From Gilvimarinus sp. 2_MG-2023 (GTDB taxonomy: Bacteria; Pseudomonadota; Gammaproteobacteria; Pseudomonadales; Cellvibrionaceae): a DNA stretch of 24,000 bases. Both the position numbers and the translations under genes were made by a program. Shown piece by piece: positions 1-8,344 of this stretch (the stretch's first letter is position 1; every line of letters starts with the position of its first letter). The stretch is taken from NCBI RefSeq assembly GCF_030547685.1, contig NZ_JAUOQM010000021.1, positions 11,445 to 35,444 of the forward strand, written 5' to 3'. The notes under the pieces are model-generated. The model saw only the letters and a program-made list of their open reading frames with translations. It searched no databases and was not told where the DNA came from.

Positions 1-1410
1 ACAGTTCAGCCAGGCCGTTTACTTAACCCTGTGGCTATTAATGTGCAGCTTAATGCCGGGGTAGATTTAGCGCGCGTAAGCAGCGCCAGCCATGCGCTAA
101 AGGTCTCTCGCCCGAACGGTTCGGCCGCGGGGGTGAGGCAAGTACAATTTGCCCATGGACAGGTGAGCATGGATCGAGATTTCGAGTTAAGCTGGCTGCC
201 GGTGGCGCAACAGGCACCAGTGGCGGCGCAGTTTGTAGACCAGTGGCAAGGTGATCGCTACGCTCAGATTATGCTGATGCCGCCGCAGAAAATGAGCGCC
301 GAGCAAGTACTACCGCGCGAACTATTGCTGATAATTGATACCTCGGGTTCCATGGCGGGTCAATCTATTGAGCAAGCGCGTGCCAGCGCGCTACAAGCCC
401 TCGATCAGTTAACCCCGGGTGATCGCTTTAACGTAATTTTGTTTGCTGGCGAGACACGTACACTTTTTCCGCATGCTGTGGCGGCACAACCGAATAATGT
501 AAATCGGGCGGCCGATGCGATTCGGGCCATGCGGGCAGAGGGCGGTACCGAAATGCACGATGCGCTCGCGCGCGCTTTTGAGCACGAGCCTTTAGCATCC
601 CATTTACAGCAAGTTGTGTTTGTCACCGATGGCAGTGTGGGCAATGAATCGGCTTTGTTAAAGCTTATTCATCGGCACCTAGGTGATGCGCGATTGTTTA
701 CAGTTGCTATTGGCAGTGCTCCTAATCGTTATTTTATGCGCCGCGCCGCCGAATACGGACGCGGTACGTTTACCGAAATTACCAGTACCGAACAAGTGCA
801 AGCGCGTATGGCGCAGTTGTTGGAGAAATTGCGTAAGCCCGTGGTTACCAATATATCCATTGATTGGCCGCAACCGGTGGAAGCGTTTCCGCGCAAGGTG
901 CCAGATTTGTACTGGGGGGAGCCTCTATTGGTCACGGTTAAGATGAGCCCCTGGCCCGGTCGTTCCGATCAGCGCATCATTATTCGCGGCGATAGCGCCG
1001 GCAGCCCATGGCAGCGCGAACTGCGTTTACCGGAGCCTGGCAATGAGTCCGATGCGAGTAAAACACCGGTATTAGCACAGCGTTTTGGTCGCGAAAAAAT
1101 TGCCTTTTTAGAGGATGAAGCAATTCGCCAGGCAGAGGATGCGCGCGTGAAAGTGTTGCCGGTTGCCTTGCGGTATCAATTAATGTCGCGCTTTACCAGT
1201 TTGGTGGCCGTCGACAAGACGCCCTCTAAACCCGAGGTGCTGACAGCTAAAGAGCGGTCGGTGGCCAATGCCATGCCAGTGGGTTCACAAATGCAGGCGG
1301 TGGGTTATCCGCAAACGGCAACCAATTTATATTGGCATTGGTTAATAGGAGCATTTGCGGCCTTGGGGTTGTGGCGAATTCAGCGTCCGGGGGTGAACTG
1401 TGAATCGTAA
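1..1410 (+). CDS. VWA-domain surface protein, marine-proteobacterial sortase-target family (5'-truncated by window edge)
   Basis: The frame is open from base 1 (no stop in codons 1-30), so the GTG at 31 is probably internal. MIDAS motif LLLIIDTSGSMAG is present. The C-terminus has a tripartite sorting signal: YPQTAT, then hydrophobic NLYWHWLIGAFAALGLW, then basic RIQRPG. The gene overlaps the sortase gene by 11 nt. Confidence 0.85.
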   Translation, partial: TVQPGRLLNPVAINVQLNAGVDLARVSSASHALKVSRPNGSAAGVRQVQFAHGQVSMDRDFELSWLPVAQQAPVAAQFVDQWQGDRYAQIMLMPPQKMSAEQVLPRELLLIIDTSGSMAGQSIEQARASALQALDQLTPGDRFNVILFAGETRTLFPHAVAAQPNNVNRAADAIRAMRAEGGTEMHDALARAFEHEPLASHLQQVVFVTDGSVGNESALLKLIHRHLGDARLFTVAIGSAPNRYFMRRAAEYGRGTFTEITSTEQVQARMAQLLEKLRKPVVTNISIDWPQPVEAFPRKVPDLYWGEPLLVTVKMSPWPGRSDQRIIIRGDSAGSPWQRELRLPEPGNESDASKTPVLAQRFGREKIAFLEDEAIRQAEDARVKVLPVALRYQLMSRFTSLVAVDKTPSKPEVLTAKERSVANAMPVGSQMQAVGYPQTATNLYWHWLIGAFAALGLWRIQRPGVNCES

Positions 1411-2050
1411 ATCAGAGCGCAACGCATTGGCACTGTCACACCCCGGGCGTTTGGTAATCTCGGCTATTTTATTGCTGGTGTTGCTCTATCAATGGGGCAG
1501 TGCGCTGGGTATTGAAGCCAAGGCGCATTTGGCGCAAATACTCATAGAGCGCGCCTGGCAGCAAAAGCTTGAGGCGCCGGATGTGGCTGCTCGCCCTTGG
1601 CCCTGGGCCGATACCGAGCCGGCTGGGCGTTTACAATGGTTGGATGGCGAGGGACGGGTGCGCAAAGATCTGTTTGTGTTGTCCGGCACTCACGGTGAGG
1701 CGTTAGCTTTTGGCCCTGGGTTAATGGCCGGTGTAGTGGCCGGGGCTCGAGTGGTCGGTGGCCATCGGGATACCCATTTTGCCTTTTTGCGGGATTTGCG
1801 TGATGGCGATCAGTTGCGGTGGCAGAGTGAAAGTGGCCGCTGGCAACACTATGTCATCAGCAAACGCAGTATTGCCGATGCGCGCAATAATCATTTGTGG
1901 ATTGATCCGTCTGCGAACGCTATTTGGTTGGTAACATGCTATCCATTTGAAGCCTTGCAGGCGGGCGGGCCATTGCGTTATGTGGTGAGGGCCGATCCAC
2001 TGCCGGCTTACCCAGTGGAGCGAGCGTCATTGGCGGGGGTTCAGTGGTAG
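1400..2050 (+). CDS. Sortase (proteobacterial/marine type, class-6-like cysteine transpeptidase)
   Basis: N-terminal membrane anchor LVISAILLLVLLY. Conserved His in GGHRDTHFAFL, catalytic Cys in WLVTCYPF and Arg in LRYVVRA. GTG at 1400 is the first possible start after the in-frame TGA at 1394, and a G-rich SD-like GGGGG lies upstream. Confidence 0.85.
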   Translation: MNRKSERNALALSHPGRLVISAILLLVLLYQWGSALGIEAKAHLAQILIERAWQQKLEAPDVAARPWPWADTEPAGRLQWLDGEGRVRKDLFVLSGTHGEALAFGPGLMAGVVAGARVVGGHRDTHFAFLRDLRDGDQLRWQSESGRWQHYVISKRSIADARNNHLWIDPSANAIWLVTCYPFEALQAGGPLRYVVRADPLPAYPVERASLAGVQW

Positions 2051-2057
2051 TTTTAAC

Positions 2058-2951
2058 TTAGCGCTGCGTAGCCAGCAAGGGTTGGATCAACTCCGGTATT
2101 TGTGTGGGTGTTGGGTGATTGAGCACAATGATGTGATCCTTTTTTTGTTGAATAAGTGCTAGCGCCTCACCAAAATGTTTTTCCAGTAAGCGCGCCAAGG
2201 TGCCGTCGCGTTCTACTATAGCGAGCCCCTCGGCCACTCGGCGGGCGAGCTCGGGGTGCTGGCCACTCACTTGATATACCATGGCATGGGGGTAGTAAAT
2301 AATAGTCTCTTCGACAATAGTAAGTTGTTCTTGTAGGTGGCTGGCTGCGAGCTCGGCGGCGGCTTCAGCGACGCCAAACAAAACCATATCAAAGCGGCTG
2401 TAGGTCAGCATGTTGAGCAGGTTTTCGTAACGGCCGTTATCGTTTACGGTAAAACCGTTATGGCGCAAAATATCGACATCGGCCCAGCTGTGTCCTTGAC
2501 CGATTACCCAGCTGCGCAGGTCCGACTGTTGTACGGCCTGCTGAAAACGGCTGGCATCCTCTTGGCGAATAAGCACCGTGCGATAACCTAATAGCCCTTT
2601 CATAATAGGAGTGGGAATGGGGATGATATTTTGAGTACGAGTGTACTTATCTTGCCGTAAACCCGAGACATAAATATTTGCCAGTATGCCGTCGGCCACC
2701 GTCTGTCGGCCTCTTTCCGCACCTAAGTTTTGGGTGTTCATTTGCAAGTTAAAGGCGGGGTAGTGGGACGAGGTTTTTAGCAGAATTTGTTCAAGCAGGT
2801 CGTGTTCGTAAAGGCTGCGGCCGCTTTTGCCCCCCCATAGGGTGACTTGCATGACGGTCGTGTCGGCGGCGTTATCTTGCCCGGCAGCTTCAACGTGTGT
2901 CAGCGCCAAATTCGCGGTCAGAAAAAATAATACGCAGTGCTTAAATCCCAT
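2058..2951 (-). CDS. Periplasmic solute-binding-protein-like protein (family-3 SBP fold), orphan with no adjacent permease or ATPase
   Basis: I start it at ATG 2951 (MGFKHCVLFFLTANLALTHVEA signal peptide) rather than the ORF-track start at 3011. General resemblance to orphan amino-acid-type SBP domain proteins. No specific ligand motif recognised. Confidence 0.6.
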   Translation of the reverse strand: MGFKHCVLFFLTANLALTHVEAAGQDNAADTTVMQVTLWGGKSGRSLYEHDLLEQILLKTSSHYPAFNLQMNTQNLGAERGRQTVADGILANIYVSGLRQDKYTRTQNIIPIPTPIMKGLLGYRTVLIRQEDASRFQQAVQQSDLRSWVIGQGHSWADVDILRHNGFTVNDNGRYENLLNMLTYSRFDMVLFGVAEAAAELAASHLQEQLTIVEETIIYYPHAMVYQVSGQHPELARRVAEGLAIVERDGTLARLLEKHFGEALALIQQKKDHIIVLNHPTPTQIPELIQPLLATQR

Positions 2952-3001
2952 GGCTTGCCTGTCAGGTAAAGAGACGAACTGCTTGAATTGGGCTTGTCTG
3001 C

Positions 3002-3030
3002 ATTGTAGCACGTGTGCTTTACACTACAAT
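3002..3030. repeat. Inverted repeat ATTGTAG-N15-CTACAAT with a central CACGTG, in the divergent SBP/sulP intergenic region
   Basis: Read directly: attgtag at 3002-3008 and ctacaat at 3024-3030. A perfect TATAAT hexamer lies at 3097-3102, 39 nt upstream of the sulP ATG. Confidence 0.4.
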
Positions 3031-3140
3031 TTGAGTTGGTGTCGAGCTAGCGCCTTTGCTTAAACGCCGTCAACATTAAAATCTAAGGCTACAGTGTATA
3101 ATGAAAAGTCTGTTTCACCTCTGCGAAAAAGGATGCTCGA

Positions 3141-4883
3141 ATGCCCGCCCGCCGACAGCTTGAAGGCCTACAGTTCGCCTACGCCCTGCGCGATAGTCTA
3201 GGTCGTGAAGGTTATAATGGCAGCAAGTTACGCGGCGACTTATTGGCCGGATTAACCGTCGGTATTTCGGCTATTCCGCTGTCCATGGCTTTGGCCATTG
3301 CCATCGGGCTTCCCCCGGAACACGGCCTGTACACCTCGTTGGTGGCAGGGCTTATTATGGCGCTGTTGGGAGGGTCGCGTTACAGCGTATCGGGCCCTAC
3401 GGCGGCTTTTGTAGTGATATTGCAACCCATTGTGTTGCAGTACGGGTTATCCGGATTATTGTTAACGACGTTAATGTCGGCCTGTATTGCCCTGTTAATG
3501 GCCGTGGCGCAATTTGGGCGGGTGGTGACCTACATTCCCAATACCGTCACCTTTGGTTTTACCTTAGGTATCGCCGTCATTATTGCCACCTTGCAGGTGC
3601 CGGACCTTCTGGGGCTGGAGTTAGACGGCACCTTGCCAGAGTTTTATTTTGCCAAGGTGTGGGTCATTGTGGTGGCGGCATTGAGTTCAGCGCACTGGCC
3701 CACCTTGCTGATTACCGTCATCTCCTTTGCGGTGATGCTGGCTTGGCCGCGCCTGAAATTACCGATACCGGCCCACTTGGTGACGATTGTCGTGGCCACA
3801 GCGGCGGCGTTTGCACTGGCGGCTATCGATGCACCGGTGGCAACCATTGCCAGTAATTTCGAATACACCGCACAAGATGGCCATACCGGTGAGGGTATTC
3901 CCAATTTTTTACCCGCTTTCGGGCTGCCTTGGCAAAATGTTCCGGGTGAGCCTTGGTCGTGGAGTTTAGTCAGCACTTTATTGCCGCAAGCATTAACGAT
4001 TGCTTTGCTAGGTGCTATTGAAGCGCTACTGTGCGCGGTGATGTTAGAGCGTATGAGCGGCTCGCGTTACTACGCTAACGCCGAGTTGTTTGGCCATGGC
4101 TTGGGCAACCTGGTGGCGCCATTCTTCGGCGGTTTTAGTGCGGCGCCCGAGCTGGCTCGCTCCACCACCAACTTTCGCGCGGGTGCTCGCACACCTATAG
4201 CCGCGCTTATTCACTCAGGGGTCATCGCGGCCAGTTTAATGTGGCTGGCACCCTACCTTAAGCACTTGCCCATGGCTTGTATGGCGACGCTGGTGATTAT
4301 TGTGGCCTGGCGGATGTGCCACGGCCGGCAAATAGTCTCCACGATTCGAACGGCACCGGTGGCCGATGTGTTGGTGTTTTTTGTGTGCTTCTCCCTGACG
4401 TTAATGGTGGATATGGTGGTGGCCATTGGCAGTGCGGTAGTGATCGCTGCTTTTTTGTTTATGCGCGATATCGCCGAAATGACGAAAGTGCGCGATATTA
4501 CTAAGTTGCTTAAACATGTGCCCCGGCCATTGCCGGAGGGCTGGCGAGTGGTGAAGATTTCCGGCCCGCTGTTTTTTGCCGCCGCGGATAAAATATTTGC
4601 CGAGCTCGATGTGCTGGCCGAAGATCAAGCGGGGCTGGTGATGCATATGGACGGTGTGCCGCTGCTGGATGCCGGTGGCTTGGATGGTCTAACCAGCTTT
4701 ATTAAGCGCTGCAAAAAGAATGGTGTAGAACTTATTTTGTCCGATATTCAGTTTCAGCCTTTGCGGGCGATGGTGAAGGCCGAAATTAGACCGGAAAATG
4801 GTAACTTTGCCGTGTTTCCGACCCTGGCCGACGCGCTCGATGCTGTGCTGGATAAATCCCCCGAGGCGCCGCCGGCCTGTTAG
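3141..4883 (+). CDS. SulP family inorganic anion transporter with C-terminal STAS domain
   Basis: 580 aa and polytopic. SulP-type N-terminus (DLLAGLTVGISAIPLSMALAIAIGLPPEHGLYTS), a TNFRAGARTP motif and a C-terminal STAS-like region (VVKISGPLFFAAADKIF...GVELILSDIQ). SD AAAGGA lies 7 nt upstream. Confidence 0.9.
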   Translation: MPARRQLEGLQFAYALRDSLGREGYNGSKLRGDLLAGLTVGISAIPLSMALAIAIGLPPEHGLYTSLVAGLIMALLGGSRYSVSGPTAAFVVILQPIVLQYGLSGLLLTTLMSACIALLMAVAQFGRVVTYIPNTVTFGFTLGIAVIIATLQVPDLLGLELDGTLPEFYFAKVWVIVVAALSSAHWPTLLITVISFAVMLAWPRLKLPIPAHLVTIVVATAAAFALAAIDAPVATIASNFEYTAQDGHTGEGIPNFLPAFGLPWQNVPGEPWSWSLVSTLLPQALTIALLGAIEALLCAVMLERMSGSRYYANAELFGHGLGNLVAPFFGGFSAAPELARSTTNFRAGARTPIAALIHSGVIAASLMWLAPYLKHLPMACMATLVIIVAWRMCHGRQIVSTIRTAPVADVLVFFVCFSLTLMVDMVVAIGSAVVIAAFLFMRDIAEMTKVRDITKLLKHVPRPLPEGWRVVKISGPLFFAAADKIFAELDVLAEDQAGLVMHMDGVPLLDAGGLDGLTSFIKRCKKNGVELILSDIQFQPLRAMVKAEIRPENGNFAVFPTLADALDAVLDKSPEAPPAC

Positions 4884-4902
4884 GTAGAAATAACTCTCAC
4901 CG

Positions 4903-5856
4903 TCACCCCCGTGTGAAGGCTTTGAGAACTCCCCACTTTCTCACTGTATCCACTATGGCGTATACGCCATAACCGATTAAGGCGATACGGAAACTGTTGC
5001 TGGATGCCGCCCAATGGTTGGCGTTTTCTTCGGCCCCTATTATGAGCGTTATCGGATTGTCCCACTGGCTGATTAAGAAAAGTAACATTAAAGTGGGTAG
5101 GTGTAATGCCAATTCAGCGTAGACTTTCGGGCGGGTCCAGTAGGGTGTGATTAATTTGCTGAGCGCCAGAGCAAGGCTGGCAATCAGTACGGCGGTAATC
5201 CACGGTAGCAGGGTTGCCCACTCACTGGAGAATATGAGATCAATGCTGGGTTCGCCCAAGCTTTGGGGGATTGTTTTGTTGACCCATGCGGTTACGTAAA
5301 TGAGCACTACCACCTCAATGGCCGAGCCGGTACGGCTGATGTACTTTCCTCGTTCTGGCACTAAGGGCAGTGAGTCCGCTTGCCAGCGCTGCAGTAAATT
5401 GGCTTTTTTAATTGATTCTGCGAATAGATAAAAGAGTAATGTTAACCAGGCAAATCCATAAAGGCTGGTATTCAATATGCTCCACAGCAGTTGCGGTAAC
5501 AATTGCCAAAAGTTTGGGTCGGGTGCTTGCGCAGCTCTAATCGCACTAAAACTCAATTGAACCACGGCGATGAGCATCACCAGACCTTGCAGTAACTGCC
5601 TGTATAAAGGAAATAAGCTTTCGCTGATCAAGCTAGGTCGGGGTAGAAAGTTGGCCGCAACTAATAACGGGTGTCCCCGCTCTTGCAATAGTTGTTTGAC
5701 CTCGTCGTCGTTTAGTTCCCGCCCCAATGTTTCACTGCGGTAATCACACTCGTCGATAAGATCGCTGAGCAGTTCGTCGGCGACATCATTGCGCACTTGT
5801 GCTGGCAGGTGAGATTTTACTGCGTATGCGTATCGGTTTAACCATGGGTTGATCAT
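4903..5856 (-). CDS. HAAS/DUF1700-like N-terminal domain fused to a ~6-TM membrane domain (partner of PadR)
   Basis: I start it at ATG 5856 (MINPWLNRYAYAVKSHLPAQVRNDVADELLSDLIDE...DDEVKQLLQERGHPLLVAANF), which matches the L..LP...R.....EL...I.....SEEEV...LG.P..VA pattern of HAAS/DUF1700 domains. That ATG overlaps the PadR stop as ATGA (5853-5856). Multiple hydrophobic helices follow. Confidence 0.7.
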   Translation of the reverse strand: MINPWLNRYAYAVKSHLPAQVRNDVADELLSDLIDECDYRSETLGRELNDDEVKQLLQERGHPLLVAANFLPRPSLISESLFPLYRQLLQGLVMLIAVVQLSFSAIRAAQAPDPNFWQLLPQLLWSILNTSLYGFAWLTLLFYLFAESIKKANLLQRWQADSLPLVPERGKYISRTGSAIEVVVLIYVTAWVNKTIPQSLGEPSIDLIFSSEWATLLPWITAVLIASLALALSKLITPYWTRPKVYAELALHLPTLMLLFLISQWDNPITLIIGAEENANHWAASSNSFRIALIGYGVYAIVDTVRKWGVLKAFTRG

Positions 5857-6206
5857 TGTGCACCCTCCGTTAAGTTTGTTAGCGCTTGATTTAATTGTTG
5901 CCACTCGCGCGCCATTACCTCGCGCGCTTGTTCACCTAATGTCGAAAGTTGGTAGACCCGTCTTTTCCGCCCCTCTTGCACCTGCCAGTCGCTGGTTAAT
6001 AGCTCTTGGCTCTCTAGGCGTCGCAGCAGTGGATACAAAGTACCCTCATCGACTGTGAGGCCGTTTTGCTCCATATGCCGCCGCAGGGAGTAGCCATAGT
6101 GCGGGGTCACCACAGCCTCCAGAACCGCCATAACCAAAAGGCCCCGACGCAGCTCCATGGTTAATTTATTGAACTTGGCGTGGTTGTCTGACACGGTGCA
6201 CCTCAT
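5853..6206 (-). CDS. PadR family transcriptional regulator
   Basis: Winged-helix core LRRGLLVMAVLEAVVTPHYGYSLRRHMEQNGLTVDEGTLYPLLRRLESQELLTSDWQVQEGRKRRVYQLS is a typical PadR. The start is uncertain: ATG 6206 gives 117 aa and ATG 6158 gives 101 aa. Neither has a clear SD, and the ORF-track start at 6239 lies inside the operator or promoter. Confidence 0.85.
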   Translation of the reverse strand: MRCTVSDNHAKFNKLTMELRRGLLVMAVLEAVVTPHYGYSLRRHMEQNGLTVDEGTLYPLLRRLESQELLTSDWQVQEGRKRRVYQLSTLGEQAREVMAREWQQLNQALTNLTEGAQ

Positions 6207-6247
6207 ACTGTGTGATATACAGTATATACTATGTGTCACACAGTATG
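6204..6247. promoter_or_regulatory. Perfect 12-bp inverted repeat CATACTGTGTGA-N20-TCACACAGTATG, a candidate PadR operator overlapping the padR promoter
   Basis: Read directly: arms at 6204-6215 and 6236-6247. The inner segment TATACAGTATATACTATGTG is AT-rich and partly self-similar. On the minus strand a TTGACA (complement of 6251-6256) sits just upstream, with CATAGT 17 nt downstream. Confidence 0.55.
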
Positions 6248-6330
6248 TGTTGTCAAGTCATCCGCAAAATCAGGTGTTGTGTAATAAAATTGCGGTAAGA
6301 TAGAGAAACTGTGATTGCTGGAGTTAAACC

Positions 6331-6693
6331 ATGAAAAAATTACTGTCCGTATTAGCGTTATCCCTCTTGGCCGTGGCTTGCTCTAAGCCAGACCCACTGC
6401 ATGAGTCCATGGAGTCGATGGGTGATTCATTTAAAGCCATGCGCGAGTCTAATGACTTGGCGCAAATGCAATCCGATTGGGATGCGTTTAAAGAGGCGCG
6501 CAGTGTCGCTGCCGCGCAAACCATGGGCCCTGAAGAGCAAAAAGATTTTGAGCAGGGCATGCAGAGACTGGCAAAATTAAGTAAGGTGGTGGACGCCGCG
6601 TTTGCCAGTGGTGATGTCGAGGCGGTAAAGGCGAGCCTTCAAAAATTGGGTAAGGTCCGCAAGAAGTATCACGACAAACTCAAGGTCGATTAA
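6331..6693 (+). CDS. cybC: Cytochrome b562 family protein, secreted and probably lipid-anchored
   Basis: The mature region aligns by eye with E. coli cytochrome b562. LHESMESMGDSFK matches LEDNMETLNDNLK (axial Met conserved). EQKDFEQGM matches EMKDFRHGF. VRKKYHDKLK matches TRNAYHQKYR (axial His conserved). The signal peptide MKKLLSVLALSLLAVAC has a lipobox-like Cys. SD GGAG lies 8 nt upstream. Confidence 0.8.
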   Translation: MKKLLSVLALSLLAVACSKPDPLHESMESMGDSFKAMRESNDLAQMQSDWDAFKEARSVAAAQTMGPEEQKDFEQGMQRLAKLSKVVDAAFASGDVEAVKASLQKLGKVRKKYHDKLKVD

Positions 6694-6708
6694 TCGGCCC
6701 GAGAGATA

Positions 6709-6731
6709 CCCCGCAGGCTAAGCTTGCGGGG
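6709..6731. terminator. Hairpin between convergent cytochrome b562 and modC genes (CCCCGCA-N9-TGCGGGG)
   Basis: A 7-bp GC-rich stem read directly. The modC stop codon (6718-6720) lies in the loop. The flanking U-tracts are weak on both strands. Confidence 0.45.
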
Positions 6732-7695
6732 ATTTCACCGCATGAGCTTTAAATTGAGCAAACACCCCGAGCCCTGGGGTGAGGTCTAATGCTCGAACGG
6801 CCCGGTGAGTGATGAGCGAATACAGGCGCAGCTCGCCCCAGTGCAAAGTGAGCAGAGCGCTGGTTTTATCGAGCGCCGTTATTTTGCCTATCTCGACTTG
6901 CAGAGTATTGGCGATACTGGAGGGGCCCGGGTGCCGGCGAGCAATGGAAACCTCGTGGGCGTCAATGCTCACTCGGTTAATCGTTGTGGGCAATGGGCCT
7001 GTTTCGATTGCGTGGCCGGCTGCCATCCATTGCCTGCGGTCCTGGCACCACTGGACTGGCCAGAGCGCCGCTGCCTGGACCGGCGATTGCTCGGTGAGTT
7101 CGTGCTGGGCGCGGTTGATGTCGAGTGTTTGTCGGCTTTGCCATTGGTAGCAAAAATCGCAACTGGCGGCGAGATCGCGCCATTGGTGGCTGACGAGCAA
7201 AGCGCTGAGATTGCGCTGGTCGGCTGCCCGGCGCAGCGCCATTAATATTTCGCTGGCGGCCTGTTGATCCAACGCCGATACCGGCTCGTCCAGTATTAAC
7301 AGTTTGTCGGCACACAAGAGCGCCGCGAGCAGAGCGACGCGCTGGCGCTCCCCGCCCGATAGTATTGCGGTCGGTTTTTCCAGAAGCGGTAACACCTGAA
7401 ACTCGGCGGCAAGCGCTAACCAGTTTTCGCTTTTGTGGCGCTCGGCCAGTGCGCGCAGTTGTTGTTCCACTCGTTGATTGGGCCACAGCGGTGCTCCCTG
7501 CGCGGCCCAGCCGATGCCTCGCAAAGCCTGCGGGCGCTCTAGAAGATTGTTGTACTCCAGCTGAAGTTGGCCGCTCTGGCCCGACACGATTTGTTTCAGC
7601 AATTGAGTTTTACCACAACCGGAAGGACCGCTGATGCCCACCCAGGCGCCCCGGGGCCAGCGGATTTGATGCGCGCCGAGCTTAAGCTCCCACAT
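6718..7695 (-). CDS. modC: Molybdate ABC transporter ATP-binding protein ModC
   Basis: Walker A GPSGCGKT, signature LSGGERQRVALLAALL and Walker B LLILDEP. C-terminal TOBE/Mop-like domain (IANTLQVEIGKITALDKTSALLTLHWGELRLYSLITHRAVRALDL). I start it at ATG 7695 with SD GGGGAGG upstream. The longer ORF-track start at 7767 lies inside modB. Confidence 0.9.
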   Translation of the reverse strand: MWELKLGAHQIRWPRGAWVGISGPSGCGKTQLLKQIVSGQSGQLQLEYNNLLERPQALRGIGWAAQGAPLWPNQRVEQQLRALAERHKSENWLALAAEFQVLPLLEKPTAILSGGERQRVALLAALLCADKLLILDEPVSALDQQAASEILMALRRAADQRNLSALLVSHQWRDLAASCDFCYQWQSRQTLDINRAQHELTEQSPVQAAALWPVQWCQDRRQWMAAGHAIETGPLPTTINRVSIDAHEVSIARRHPGPSSIANTLQVEIGKITALDKTSALLTLHWGELRLYSLITHRAVRALDLTPGLGVFAQFKAHAVKSPQA

Positions 7696-8344
7696 GAAAG
7701 CCTCCCCGGCCTCGCTGCCAGCGATATAACATAAACAAAATAACCCAAGAAACAACCACCAACCCACCGGCTAAGCGGTGGGCGTTGGCATACTGCAGCG
7801 ACTCTACCTCGTCGTAGAGCAAAACTGATAACACTTGGGTTTCACCGGGAATATTGCCACCAATCATTAAGATTACGCCGAACTCGCCCACGGTATGAGC
7901 AAACCCCAGCGCGGCGGCGGCGACAAACGCATAGCCACAGCAGGGCAGGATAATGTGTCGGAAGACGGCAAAACGGTTAAGCCCCTGAGACTGCCCAAGT
8001 TGAATCAGTTGCGGGTCCAGCTGGCGAAAGCTTGCGGTTAAAGGCTGCGCCACAAACGGTAAAGAGTAAACACAAGAGCCGATGACCAGGCCGGTAAAGC
8101 TAAACGCCAAACCGCGGTCAAAAAACTGGCCGAATAAACCCTCGGGGCTTAATAACAGTAATAAATAAAAACCCATCACGGTCGGCGGCAATATCAGCGG
8201 CAGGGCAATGGCGGCCTCAACGCAGTTGCGCAGCCAGCCCGACTGCCCTCGGGCCAACCACCAGGCTAGGGGGGTGCACAAGAGCGTTAACGCCACCGTT
8301 GTGACGCCGGCGAGTTTAACGGTAATGATAATGGCGTCGATCAT
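7682..8344 (-). CDS. modB: Molybdate ABC transporter permease ModB
   Basis: 220 aa with 5-6 TM segments. Permease EAA-type loop QSQGLNRFAVFRHIILP. ATGA overlap with the modA stop (8341-8344), and it sits between modA and modC. Confidence 0.9.
   Translation of the reverse strand: MIDAIIITVKLAGVTTVALTLLCTPLAWWLARGQSGWLRNCVEAAIALPLILPPTVMGFYLLLLLSPEGLFGQFFDRGLAFSFTGLVIGSCVYSLPFVAQPLTASFRQLDPQLIQLGQSQGLNRFAVFRHIILPCCGYAFVAAAALGFAHTVGEFGVILMIGGNIPGETQVLSVLLYDEVESLQYANAHRLAGGLVVVSWVILFMLYRWQRGRGGFHVGA

Noticed and set aside
4903-4914. TCACCCCCGTGT here and the near-identical TCACCCCCCGTGT at 14101-14113, both close to gene 3' ends
   Set aside because: This is a 12-13 nt match with an indel, and the first copy is coding sequence (the end of the HAAS gene). 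It is compatible with chance.
6805-7486. Long ORFs on the opposite strand or in another frame inside modC (146, 113 and 169 aa)
   Set aside because: Their Arg/Ala/Pro-rich, low-complexity translations are typical of off-frame reading of a GC-rich gene. The modC frame carries all the ABC motifs.
7696-7767. Longer modC start (MGWWLFLGLFCLCYIAG...) overlapping modB by 86 nt
   Set aside because: The extension is hydrophobic sequence read out of frame across the modB 3' end. ATG 7695 has a strong SD and gives a normal ABC ATPase N-terminus.
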